From positions 96,001 to 160,000 of the forward strand of contig JBGASG010000006.1 in NCBI GenBank assembly GCA_044229845.1: a stretch of DNA of 64,000 bases, given 5' to 3'. Shown here in pieces: positions 9,629 to 19,107 of this stretch. The position numbers and the translations under genes were made by a program. The notes under the pieces were generated by a model that saw nothing but the letters and a program-made list of their open reading frames with translations, searched no databases and was not told the origin of the DNA. Origin of the DNA: Candidatus Obscuribacteraceae bacterium. Its GTDB lineage: Bacteria > Cyanobacteriota > Vampirovibrionia > Obscuribacterales > Obscuribacteraceae. The first letter of the stretch is position 1. Every line of letters begins with the position of its first letter.

Positions 9629-9723
9629 GCGCGGCGGACTGGAGTTCAGTGGCGCCGAATGTGGTGGCAGGTGAACATAACGCGGGGATATCAGCCGCTT
9701 TTCGGACCGCTTTCTAGGTTTAC

Positions 9724-9924
9724 TTATTGGTCAGAGAAATCGGACGATTCCAAACTGCCCGCCGATCCGCGGATCAACGAACTTTGCAACTTATGATTCC
9801 GATCGAGAGGACGAAATTCTAAAGGGACGCTCGATGCAGACGCGGACTCGGCTCCGAAACAAGTAGCAATCGGCAGCTGAAACGCAAGTGCAATCAAGAA
9901 GCAGGCAGCTACTATCAGCTTCAA
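9724..9924 (-). CDS. Short signal-peptide-bearing ORF, possibly a truncated gene
   Basis: MKLIVAACFLIALAFQLPIATCFG starts 3 bp after the stop of the Gly-rich gene; only 66 aa. Confidence 0.35.
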   Translation of the reverse strand: MKLIVAACFLIALAFQLPIATCFGAESASASSVPLEFRPLDRNHKLQSSLIRGSAGSLESSDFSDQ

Positions 9925-9927
9925 GCA

Positions 9928-11208
9928 TTACATCGAGTCTGGATAGAGCTGGGCGTGAGGCTCATCACAGTGATCGCCCCACCAGCCTTCGCGGTAACCA
10001 TCGGCGCATCCGCCTGATTGCCCGCCGCGCTGTCCCCACCAGTTGGACTTGAAGCCATTGTTGGAACCAGTGGAACGTCCCTGCGCACAACCACCGTTGC
10101 CGCCGAAGCTGCCGCTGCCGAAGCTGCCGTTACCGAAGCTGCCATTGCCATAGCTGCCGTTGCCGTAACTGCCGTCCATGCAGTCGGTTCCATATTGGCC
10201 GCCACCAATCATGCCGGTACCGCCGGCGCATTGGGTGCCGCTGTTGAAGCCGACTCCGAAGGAGCCGCCATTGCCGAATTGACCGCCGACGCCGAACTGA
10301 CCGCCGGTTCCGAATTGACCACCAGTGCCGAATTGTCCGCCACCGCCGAAGTTGCCGCCGGTGCTGCAGCTACCGCTGCCGCCGGGATAGTTGCTGCCGC
10401 CCGGATAATTGCTACCACCCGGATAATTGCTACCGCCCGGGAAGCTGCCCTGGCTGCCGCCGTTGCCCGGATAGCCGCCTAAGTTACCACCAGATTGACA
10501 GCTTTGGCCGCCGCCCGACGACGGGAATGTCGGATTGCCGCCACCAGTGGGACATCCGGTGCTGCTGCCGCCCGGGAATTGCCCGTTGCTGCCGCTGCAA
10601 TTGGCTGTGCTCGACCCGGGCCAGTTCTGGCTGCCGCCACCAGTGGGACAGCTCCCGTTCATCATTGAGCCGGTTGGGGTGTTTCCACCAAAGTTGTTCA
10701 GATTGCCAGTTTGCCATGAAGTGTCCCCGCCGGAGGAATAGTTTGTAATGACACTGGGTGCCTGGGGTGCCGGAAGTGGAACCTGCGAAGCCGCCATGCT
10801 CGCCGGGTTGCTCGTGGACAGGAATGGGGAGACGCCGCCAAAGCTCTGCCCGCCGCCCATCGTATTTAATGTAGTCGCGCCGGACCCAGCCGGATTGTAG
10901 ACGCCAGTCGGTCCCATGGGAGGCTGAGCGCCGGCGTTGCCGCCCTTGCCGCGTTTGCCTTTGCGCATTAGCATGCCCAGACCAGCGGCCCCGCCCACGG
11001 CAGCTCCCATGCCCAGGAGCGGCAAACCGGGAACCGGCAAGCGCTTCTTGCCCTTGGATGACCCGTCGTCCTCTTCGTTGGTCGACGGCGCGGGCGACAT
11101 GGCATTACCTGGCGCCATTCCGGAGTTCCCGCCTTTCGACTTGGCGCAAACCGCGAGGGGGTTGCACAGGAGGAGGGAGGCTAGAAGAATTGCGAATGCA
11201 CGACTCAT
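9928..11208 (-). CDS. Secreted or membrane-associated Gly/Ser/Asn-rich low-complexity protein with tandem peptide repeats
   Basis: Signal peptide MSRAFAILLASLLLCNPLAVCA (alternative start 11238); repeats PGGSNY x3, GGQFG x4, GNGS(Y/F) x3. Confidence 0.75.
   Translation of the reverse strand: MSRAFAILLASLLLCNPLAVCAKSKGGNSGMAPGNAMSPAPSTNEEDDGSSKGKKRLPVPGLPLLGMGAAVGGAAGLGMLMRKGKRGKGGNAGAQPPMGPTGVYNPAGSGATTLNTMGGGQSFGGVSPFLSTSNPASMAASQVPLPAPQAPSVITNYSSGGDTSWQTGNLNNFGGNTPTGSMMNGSCPTGGGSQNWPGSSTANCSGSNGQFPGGSSTGCPTGGGNPTFPSSGGGQSCQSGGNLGGYPGNGGSQGSFPGGSNYPGGSNYPGGSNYPGGSGSCSTGGNFGGGGQFGTGGQFGTGGQFGVGGQFGNGGSFGVGFNSGTQCAGGTGMIGGGQYGTDCMDGSYGNGSYGNGSFGNGSFGSGSFGGNGGCAQGRSTGSNNGFKSNWWGQRGGQSGGCADGYREGWWGDHCDEPHAQLYPDSM
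10140..10450 (-). repeat. Coding tandem repeats with 15-18 bp units inside the Gly-rich gene
   Basis: cccggataattgct.cc units near 10385-10440; gccgaatt/actg units near 10270-10350; boundaries approximate. Confidence 0.65.
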
Positions 11209-11385
11209 GTTTTTCTCTCGGGGGCTGAGACCCGCCATTTGCGGTATGTAGATTGTATGTAAGGGATCAGTAAATGGCTGTACGTAATAACCCCATGTAG
11301 GGACGTAGAACCACCATGCCGCCTGAGACCGAGCTCACCACCCCGATGCCACCGCAAGCGATACCACACCAAATCACACTAGCTC

Positions 11386-12333
11386 ATGGAAGAAACTAGA
11401 AGTAGCACCAACCCACATCTAATTCTGCCGGTCGGAACGCAGGTCGTTACCGTGGTCGAAGTGCGAGCGAAGAACGGACAACCGCTGCGACGCAGCGGCA
11501 CCGTCGCCAAGATTGTCAAATCGCCTACCGATGGCAAGCACGCATACACGATTCGTTTTCCCGATGGCGGTGAAACCAGCCTGCATCGTCATGAGATCGC
11601 CATTCGCAAGCATGTGCAGAACCTGCACTTCGACCGCCCGGACGCCGACATCGGGGACCGGGATCTCTATCAATACATCATCTACAGCTGCATCATCGGC
11701 TCACGGGCGTATGGGCTGGATGTGGATGGCTCCGATACCGACAAGCGCGGTATTTTCTTGCCTCCGGCAGATCTGCAGTGGTCGCTGTACGGCATGCCCG
11801 AACAGGTCGAAGACGCCGACACTCAGGAGTGCTACTGGGAGTTGCAGAAGTTTCTGGTCCTGGCTCTGAAAGCCAATCCCAACATCCTCGAATGTTTGTT
11901 TACCCCGCTGGTCGAGTCGGCAACTCCGCTGGCGCAGGAGCTGCTCGCCGCGCGCGGAGCGTTTCTTTCCAAACTGGTCTATCAGACCTACAACGGCTAC
12001 GTACTCTCGCAGTTCAGCAAGCTCGAACAAGACTTGAGGACGCAGGGAGAGCTGAAGTGGAAGCACGTCATGCACCTGATCCGGCTGCTGCTTTCGGGAA
12101 TCACCATATTGCGGGAAGGGTGTGTGCCGGTGCGTGTCATCGATGGACAACGAGATCGGTTGCTGTCTATTCGCCGCGCTGAGGTCTCTTGGGATGACGT
12201 CAACGTATGGCGATTGGAGTTGCACAAAGATTTCGACCAGGCCTACGAAACCACTGCTTTGCCCGATCGCCCCGATTACGAATGGGCTAACAATTTCCTG
12301 ATCAAAGCGCGACGGGAGATGAGCAGACAATGA
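11386..12333 (+). CDS. Pol-beta superfamily nucleotidyltransferase (RlaP/PF10127-like) with N-terminal SH3-like beta domain
   Basis: GSRAYGLDVDGSDTDKRGIF (GS...DxD), ELQKFLVLALKANPNILECLF, KHVMHLIRLL. Confidence 0.85.
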   Translation: MEETRSSTNPHLILPVGTQVVTVVEVRAKNGQPLRRSGTVAKIVKSPTDGKHAYTIRFPDGGETSLHRHEIAIRKHVQNLHFDRPDADIGDRDLYQYIIYSCIIGSRAYGLDVDGSDTDKRGIFLPPADLQWSLYGMPEQVEDADTQECYWELQKFLVLALKANPNILECLFTPLVESATPLAQELLAARGAFLSKLVYQTYNGYVLSQFSKLEQDLRTQGELKWKHVMHLIRLLLSGITILREGCVPVRVIDGQRDRLLSIRRAEVSWDDVNVWRLELHKDFDQAYETTALPDRPDYEWANNFLIKARREMSRQ

Positions 12334-13109
12334 AGTTTCCCAGTCAGCTCGCTGAGGCCGTTGAGAATCATCCTCACTCGCTCATTTTCGCCACCGTCAG
12401 TGGTGCACATTTGTACGGGTTTCCATCACCTGATTCGGATTGGGATCTGCGCGGCGTTCATATCTTGCCGCTGGCGCAAGTGGTGGGGCTCGGGGAGCCA
12501 AACGAGACGATTGACTTCATGCGCAAGGACGACGCCATCGAACTGGATCTGGTCACGCACGACATCAAAAAGTTCTTCAAGTTGATGCTGCGAAACAACG
12601 GCTATGTACTGGAGCAACTCTACTCACCGCTGGTGGTGCATACCACGCCGGAACACCAGGAGCTGAAGGAGATCGGGAGCACCTGTATCACACGATATCA
12701 CTCGCGTCATTACCTGGGTTTCGCCGATACCCAGTGGAACCTGTTCGAGAAGGAAGATCCACCCCGAGTGAAGCCATTGCTGTATGTCTACAGAGTTCTG
12801 CTCACCGGCATCCACTTGATGGAGACACACCGGATTGAGGCAAACCTGGTTAATCTGAACGAGCAGTACAAATTGCCGTACATACCAGAACTGATCGAGC
12901 GAAAAGTGTCAGGCAAGGAGAAACAGACCCTGGCTGCCGCCGACATGGCGTTCCACAAAAGTGAGTTTGAGCGGCTAATTGGGTTGTTGAAACAGAAGGC
13001 CGAAACGACATCTTTGCCGGATTCCGCCTCCGGGCGCCCGGCGCTGGACGACTTGCTCAAGCGGCTGCGCCTGAAGTCGGCGCACTTAGCTCGTATTTCG
13101 AGGAATTAG
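12330..13109 (+). CDS. Pol-beta superfamily nucleotidyltransferase (RlaP/YcgL-like)
   Basis: SGAHLYGFPSPDSDWDLRGVH, NGYVLEQLYSP, KPLLYVYRVLLTG; ATGA overlap with the upstream paralog. Confidence 0.88.
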   Translation: MKFPSQLAEAVENHPHSLIFATVSGAHLYGFPSPDSDWDLRGVHILPLAQVVGLGEPNETIDFMRKDDAIELDLVTHDIKKFFKLMLRNNGYVLEQLYSPLVVHTTPEHQELKEIGSTCITRYHSRHYLGFADTQWNLFEKEDPPRVKPLLYVYRVLLTGIHLMETHRIEANLVNLNEQYKLPYIPELIERKVSGKEKQTLAAADMAFHKSEFERLIGLLKQKAETTSLPDSASGRPALDDLLKRLRLKSAHLARISRN

Positions 13110-16100
13110 AACCGATCAAAAATCCCGGCGTCGTGCTCATCATCGACTTTCTGAGCGCGTCGAAGGTTTTCTTCCGCCGTTTCAAGGTTCTTCTTTGCCC
13201 ACCTTTTAACTGCACTGACCCTGTGCTTAGAAAGAACCTGGAACAGCTCCACTCGCGCTTTGTATCTAGGCGCACTAGATCCCCATCCTGCAAACGAACC
13301 AATGTTAGCCGACAGTTCTGATAGGAAAGATTCTTTGTGCCCATGCTGATCTAGAAGTCGCAATGCAAGCGGATGTACTTCAATAGAGGGGCCGCCCGCG
13401 GATGGTGAACTCGCCACCATCACTGGTACCGATCTTGCAAGAATGTTGGCGGCATCCTCCGACTTAAGTGACCAATCAAACAACAAATCGTTAGGAAGAC
13501 AGTACAGAGGTCCGGGTTCACCATCTTCATCACTCTGAAACAGCTCGTTGCCCAGGAGCCACTGCATATGAAGTCTCAGTCGCCAGTCATCCGAGATGAG
13601 CGCTTCCGAGAGGATGTGCCAAACTGGAACCAGATATGGCTCTTTCAACAGATCCGGCAACATTTTCTTAAGTAGTTGGTCAAACTTGAAAAACACTCTG
13701 TCCTCAGCAGATGCGCACACCTGAACGATCTGAACTGCCATGTGTTCGGCCAGCTCTGGATCAGCTGATCCAACAATCAGGCGCGCACAGGTCTTCTGCC
13801 AAACATATCCAGCCATGACGGAGTCAATATTTTTCTGAATCAAAGCGAGCCGGATTTTAAGGACAATCTCCCTAAACGTCTGACTGCAGCTAGCCCACAA
13901 GTCCTCACGATTCAAGCAATATTGATCAAGAATCATTAGCGCAGTCCACTGTCCCGCGTCAGAATGTCTATGCAATTCCAGACAAAACTCGCTGACGTCA
14001 CCTGGTGAAATGGAGGCTAGTGCATTTCCGTATGAGAGAACTACAAATTCTGTCACATCAATGCATGGATCAGCGAGCAGCCCGACACATCTTTTCAGGT
14101 CGGCTGCGTCCGGAAACACCCCAGTGGTCAACGCAACGACATACTTTCGTAGATCAGGTATGCTCGCGAATTCGTCCAAAAGAGTCGATGCTGCATCTCT
14201 ATTGTCACCAGAGAGCACGGATATCAACCCACACATAAACGACACATTCAATCGTTCCTGGTTCTGTTGCAAAAGATGATGCTTGCAAACCGAGAGCAGC
14301 GCGGAAATGTTGATAGCCCGTTTTCCGACTTCCTTACCAAATAGGTATCCATTACGCTGAGTGCCCTGAAAAAAGATAGGGAGGACGTTCTCAAAGTCGC
14401 CTAAGTCTCGCATGCAGTCCTCCGCAAGCCGGACGACCTCAGGAACACTATCATCGACAACTTCGCCGCCCGCATCCAAATGCAAATAATCCCACGAAGC
14501 ATCCACCACCCACATTCTCAGTCGATCCGACAATGACTTAGGTTCGAGAAGCCTGTAAATTTCCTGTGCCAGTTGCTTCTCCTCATCGTCGAGAACCGTG
14601 CCAGAGGTTCGAAGTGCAAAATCAAGCTTTTGACGAGCGGTGTACCATTGATCTTGCGATTTGGCAGTAATTTTCGCGATTGCATTCCAAAGGGGTTCCC
14701 AAAAGTGCTTTTGGACGCAGGAGTAAATGATATTCTCAATACCTCGCTGCGCCAGTGCGGCGGAAGATGGGGAGTCAAGGTTGAACACCGAAACCAAAAC
14801 GTCTATGCACCGCTGCCAGTACTCTATGACTTCTTGTCCCGTTTTTGGTTGATAGTCTCGCTCTGCCGCGCGCGCACCTTGTTGCTCTACGCCTCCCGCA
14901 CGCCCATAGTGCGACAACTGGAATGCTCGCTCAGCAGCTTTGACAATCACCTCGCAAACCTCTGGACTGGGCGACTGAAGCGCTTCCTCAAGGATACTAA
15001 CGCGAGAATCAAACGACGTCTGCGTTCCGGAGAGATAAAGTTGAAACAGCTGAACAAATTGCCCCGTAGCATTATTACTCCAACTCTCATTTTCGGCTTC
15101 AGCAAAACGGAGAAGCAGTTTTGCTGCCACAGAAAAACTGTCTTGCCAGAAGCACATCTTTTCCAATGCCCAGATGATGTTTCTTCGTCCGTCGCTCACG
15201 GACAAGAGTCTATCTCGAGACCATCCAGAGAAAGCTCTATCGATCGCATTAGCACAGTCACTTGGGCTCACTTCCGCAAACGCACCGAAGAACAGTGAGC
15301 CTCTCTTAGTATCGAGAACCTCGGGGCGTCCAAAAGGGCCAGACTCTCCGCAAAGCTTGCGAGTTATGTCTTGAACTTTCGGTAAATAGTGCAGCATCTT
15401 GATTTGCTCGCACAATGCACGATCCAAATTCCCTGCAAGCTGTCCCGTAATCAATTCAATCGCTCGCTCGTCTGGACATCGCTTCCACCAATCGGCTGAA
15501 AGCCGCGCAGCTAGAGGTGCTGGCACCACAATGATGAAGTCACCCCGTCTCTGAATGATGCGTCTTTCCAAGAAATTTTGAACATGGGAGTAAAACTTCG
15601 CCTGATCGACGCGCGCGAAATGCTCGGCAACGAAGCTGCGTTCTGCGGACACCTCTTCCTCAAATCCAACGCGAGCAAAGAGTGCGCAGCCGCTGATAGT
15701 GTCAAAAGCTTCATCGCTCCTTTCCTTCCTGCCCCAAAGCAGCCTGTCCAGCAATTCGTCGTCATTGAGAGTCCCCGCCTCTTCTTTGCCATCTAAACGC
15801 TCACGAGCTATGAGCGCAGCCATTTGAGGGTAGCCTTCGGAAAACTCGACTATCCGTTCTAACTCATTCTCCGGAAGCGCTTGACCGAATACTTGCTTTA
15901 ACATCGCTCGAATGAGATGATCCGCCATCGGAGAAACGATGATGACTTCGTCAGGACCGGAGGCACCCGTCCGTTCTCCGGGATCAAAATCTATGCTCAG
16001 CAGCGTCAGGCGACTTTCCTGATGCATAATCTCTTTTCGCAATTGCTGATGCAATTCGAGATTGCAATTATCGACCACAATAATCGCAGAATCGTGGCGA

Positions 16101-17017
16101 TGCCTAAACTGGCGAACAACTCCAACAATTTCTGGTGATTCGATCGCCGCATCGATGTATGCGACGCTACGCCGCAACTGCTCATCGGTAGAAAGAGCTT
16201 GCAGAGCCAATCTGGATTTGCCCAAACCAGGATTGCCCAAGATTCGCGCAACACTCTTCTCTTGGCTCAAGTGTTTGGAAAGGGCTTCGACCTCCGCACC
16301 GCGTTCATCGTCCTGAACGAAGTCGAAGAGACTGTGTTCGTCGTATCCGCTCCAACTCTCCCATGTCTGCACGCAAAAAGGAATATCCTTCCCAATCCAG
16401 TGTGAAATTTGCCCTACAGCTACCAGGTGTTCGTTGGACCACAAAGCGATCTTGTTGGCGTCGTAAATATCCAGCGCAGCTGTTTCGGCGTCGGCTCGAC
16501 CAGTTATGCGAAGGGCATCTCGAATTCCCCCAAGGCGATTTGAAAGGCCAGCCTTCGTAAGAGCCCCGGAATAGAAAAAACTGTAGGCGCCGCGACTATC
16601 CAATATCTCCGCTACCTGCGGCTTCAGGCAAGGAACGAAATCTTCGGTGCTTTTCGACCTTCGCCCTCTCGCACTATTGATCTTTTGAAGCCTGCCATCG
16701 GCAACCTTGTATCCAGATGGAACTGGTTTCATCAAGCTAGCGTTCATGAAATCAATCTTGCTCATGTCTTTTTCAGCTTTGCATTGGAACATCGAAAGCC
16801 GATTCGGCAAATGAGGAATTGCGCCGGGACCGCCTTCCCAACTCACCCTTCCATCCTCGCCACCATCCGGCACATTGATCTTTAGCGACACATCGACTGA
16901 AGATGTGACAATCCCGGCCTTCCGCGTTTCCAACCACAGCAGATTTCGCAGCAAATCCGTTAGTTGAATGGCATTCAACCGCTCGATGTCTTCATAGTCA
17001 ACCTGAAAAATGCCCAT
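13106..17017 (-). CDS. Large nuclease-NTPase: N-terminal PD-(D/E/Q)xK restriction-endonuclease-like domain, STAND-like P-loop NTPase, long helical C-terminus; candidate defence protein
   Basis: PDGGEDGRV...MFQCKA; Walker A GNPGLGKS; Walker B IIVVDNC; GYPQMA; likely start MGIFQVD at 17017 (ORF open from 17104); looks more AT-rich than its neighbours. Confidence 0.8.
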   Translation of the reverse strand: MGIFQVDYEDIERLNAIQLTDLLRNLLWLETRKAGIVTSSVDVSLKINVPDGGEDGRVSWEGGPGAIPHLPNRLSMFQCKAEKDMSKIDFMNASLMKPVPSGYKVADGRLQKINSARGRRSKSTEDFVPCLKPQVAEILDSRGAYSFFYSGALTKAGLSNRLGGIRDALRITGRADAETAALDIYDANKIALWSNEHLVAVGQISHWIGKDIPFCVQTWESWSGYDEHSLFDFVQDDERGAEVEALSKHLSQEKSVARILGNPGLGKSRLALQALSTDEQLRRSVAYIDAAIESPEIVGVVRQFRHRHDSAIIVVDNCNLELHQQLRKEIMHQESRLTLLSIDFDPGERTGASGPDEVIIVSPMADHLIRAMLKQVFGQALPENELERIVEFSEGYPQMAALIARERLDGKEEAGTLNDDELLDRLLWGRKERSDEAFDTISGCALFARVGFEEEVSAERSFVAEHFARVDQAKFYSHVQNFLERRIIQRRGDFIIVVPAPLAARLSADWWKRCPDERAIELITGQLAGNLDRALCEQIKMLHYLPKVQDITRKLCGESGPFGRPEVLDTKRGSLFFGAFAEVSPSDCANAIDRAFSGWSRDRLLSVSDGRRNIIWALEKMCFWQDSFSVAAKLLLRFAEAENESWSNNATGQFVQLFQLYLSGTQTSFDSRVSILEEALQSPSPEVCEVIVKAAERAFQLSHYGRAGGVEQQGARAAERDYQPKTGQEVIEYWQRCIDVLVSVFNLDSPSSAALAQRGIENIIYSCVQKHFWEPLWNAIAKITAKSQDQWYTARQKLDFALRTSGTVLDDEEKQLAQEIYRLLEPKSLSDRLRMWVVDASWDYLHLDAGGEVVDDSVPEVVRLAEDCMRDLGDFENVLPIFFQGTQRNGYLFGKEVGKRAINISALLSVCKHHLLQQNQERLNVSFMCGLISVLSGDNRDAASTLLDEFASIPDLRKYVVALTTGVFPDAADLKRCVGLLADPCIDVTEFVVLSYGNALASISPGDVSEFCLELHRHSDAGQWTALMILDQYCLNREDLWASCSQTFREIVLKIRLALIQKNIDSVMAGYVWQKTCARLIVGSADPELAEHMAVQIVQVCASAEDRVFFKFDQLLKKMLPDLLKEPYLVPVWHILSEALISDDWRLRLHMQWLLGNELFQSDEDGEPGPLYCLPNDLLFDWSLKSEDAANILARSVPVMVASSPSAGGPSIEVHPLALRLLDQHGHKESFLSELSANIGSFAGWGSSAPRYKARVELFQVLSKHRVSAVKRWAKKNLETAEENLRRAQKVDDEHDAGIFDRF

Positions 17018-17301
17018 AGCCTTGGTTCTCCGAGAGACTAGCCGGCAGCAATTGCGACCAAGCTTTGGCAGCAGAAATAGATATTTTACAATGGCGGGCA
17101 GCATCCAGGAGGCTGCATCCTACGCCGCGGACAAAAACAGTGTTTATCGCCTCGTGGCACACCTCAGGTTGTTAAAGAGGTTAGACTCAGTGAAAAGATG
17201 GCTGCCAGTGACAAAATTCCGGGTTATCCCGCTGGCGCAAGTGTCCGAGATCGGGCACATTTAATATAGCCAGTTCAGTCGCGCGCACAGGAGCTGAAGG
17301 A

Positions 17302-19101
17302 ATGCATCGAAAAGCACTGTCCCTCTCGATTTGCTTGACGAGTGCGGCACTCAATTGGCTAATGTCACCATCTGTGGTCTGCGCGCAGGATGTGTTCGGC
17401 TCCGAAGCAGATCCCTTCACGTCCGCCCACGATAACGACGCGACGCCACCACCGGCAAGCTTTTTCGTTCGTCCAGCTTCTACATCTGAAGCAACGCCGG
17501 CGGCAACTACCAGCCCTGCCACCCCGGCTACAACATCCGCCGCCGGTGACTTGACGATAGCCGAAACGCAGCAGATCACTGAACTACTCAATTGCATCGC
17601 CGGCATCGACAGGGCCCAAAAGAGTCTCGAGAACGAGGCGCCCGATACCATCGAGCGGGAGAAGGCTCTTAGCTACAACCGCAAAACTATTCAAGAATCA
17701 GAGCAGAAACTGATGGCGTTCGGTCCGCGAGCCATTCCTCTTTTGATCGAGGCGCTCAATCGGTCGGAAAAAGATGTTTCGGAAGCGGCGTCGCGGGTCT
17801 TGCTGGCCTTTGGTCCACAGATCGTCAAACCGATCATCGTCAGTATGACCAACAAAACTTTGACTGCCAATCGAGGCAAGTCAGCCGCTGCCGGCACCAT
17901 CGAGCAGCTAGGCAGCGAGGCTAATGGTGCGCTGAAAGACATGCTGAACAGCACATCAGACACAGAGCGGCTGGCGACCATGCGGCTGATTGGTGACATG
18001 GCGCCTTCGCCGCCCGGCGTGCACCGTGCATCTTCTTTTGGGTACTATCGGCCTTCCCGTGACTCCGACAATCAATGGGTCGTGCCGAGCAGCCTTATTC
18101 AGCCGATCTGCAATGCCACCAACGACAAGAGTGAAAGTGTCAGGCGCACCGCTGTGGAAACACTCGGCAAAATCGGTCCGCGCAATGCTGCACTGATTCA
18201 GACGGTAGTGCGGGTATTGAAAAAAGATCCGGACGAATCTGTCAGGCGCACGGCTGCCACCGCCCTCGGTGAAATCGGCAGCATGCAGAGCAGCGGACCC
18301 GCTGCTCATACGGTGGAGGTGCTGGAAGCCACCATGACCACCGATGAGTACGAAGGAGCGCGGATGGCCGCCGCCAAGTCCATCGGCAAAATGCAACAAG
18401 CACCGAATGCGGTGAAAGCGCTGGTGCTTGGACTAAACGATCCTGTGCAGATGGTCAAAGATTCCTGCATAAACTCACTGCAGAACATGGGCCCCGCAGC
18501 CGCCCCGGCCGTGCCTGACCTGATCAAATGCCTGGACACAACAAATGCTCGCCAGGCAGAAGATGTAGCCCGGGCGCTGGCACGCATTGGACCTGCGGCC
18601 GCCCCGGCATTGCCCCAGATCATCAAGATGGCGCGTGGCTCGACACAATACTCCTCCTTTAAATATACGCTTGCGGATGCCTGCAGAAATATGGGTGCCC
18701 AGGCATCATGTGCAGTACCAATGCTGATCGACATGCTTAAGGAAGTGGACAACAAGGGCAATCAGTACATGGCTGTCGATGCGCTCGGTGCCATCGGTCC
18801 AGCGGCAATCTCTGCCGAGTCCGCCCTCGTCGAAACTCTCAAGGATCCCGCGTTGAAACATCGCAGCGAAACCGCGCTCAAGAAAATTCGCGGTCAGTCG
18901 ACGGCGACTTTGGTACAACCAGGATCGATCGGTTCCGGCTCCGGAGCCACGATCATCATCACTCCGCAGGGAATTACCACGCAACCCGGCACGGGACCCA
19001 TACAACCGAATACACAGCAGCCTGGTATTACACAGCCACGCACCAACCCGTCACCCGCGACCCCGGTGGTGGCACCGCGCGCCGGCGATGAAATGATCTA
19101 G
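17302..19101 (+). CDS. Secreted HEAT-repeat (PBS lyase-like) protein
   Basis: Signal peptide; repeats VRRTAVETLGKIGP, VRRTAATALGEIG, ALARIGPAAAPALPQI. Confidence 0.85.
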   Translation: MHRKALSLSICLTSAALNWLMSPSVVCAQDVFGSEADPFTSAHDNDATPPPASFFVRPASTSEATPAATTSPATPATTSAAGDLTIAETQQITELLNCIAGIDRAQKSLENEAPDTIEREKALSYNRKTIQESEQKLMAFGPRAIPLLIEALNRSEKDVSEAASRVLLAFGPQIVKPIIVSMTNKTLTANRGKSAAAGTIEQLGSEANGALKDMLNSTSDTERLATMRLIGDMAPSPPGVHRASSFGYYRPSRDSDNQWVVPSSLIQPICNATNDKSESVRRTAVETLGKIGPRNAALIQTVVRVLKKDPDESVRRTAATALGEIGSMQSSGPAAHTVEVLEATMTTDEYEGARMAAAKSIGKMQQAPNAVKALVLGLNDPVQMVKDSCINSLQNMGPAAAPAVPDLIKCLDTTNARQAEDVARALARIGPAAAPALPQIIKMARGSTQYSSFKYTLADACRNMGAQASCAVPMLIDMLKEVDNKGNQYMAVDALGAIGPAAISAESALVETLKDPALKHRSETALKKIRGQSTATLVQPGSIGSGSGATIIITPQGITTQPGTGPIQPNTQQPGITQPRTNPSPATPVVAPRAGDEMI

Positions 19102-19107
19102 TTGGAT

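Noticed and set aside
10018..10482. Ala-rich ORF on the plus strand
   Set aside because: Antisense shadow of the Gly-rich gene, which has a signal peptide
6575..13109. CBASS-like system made of patatin plus nucleotidyltransferases
   Set aside because: The NTases are RlaP-type, not CD-NTase-like; they lie 3 kb away with unrelated and oppositely oriented genes between
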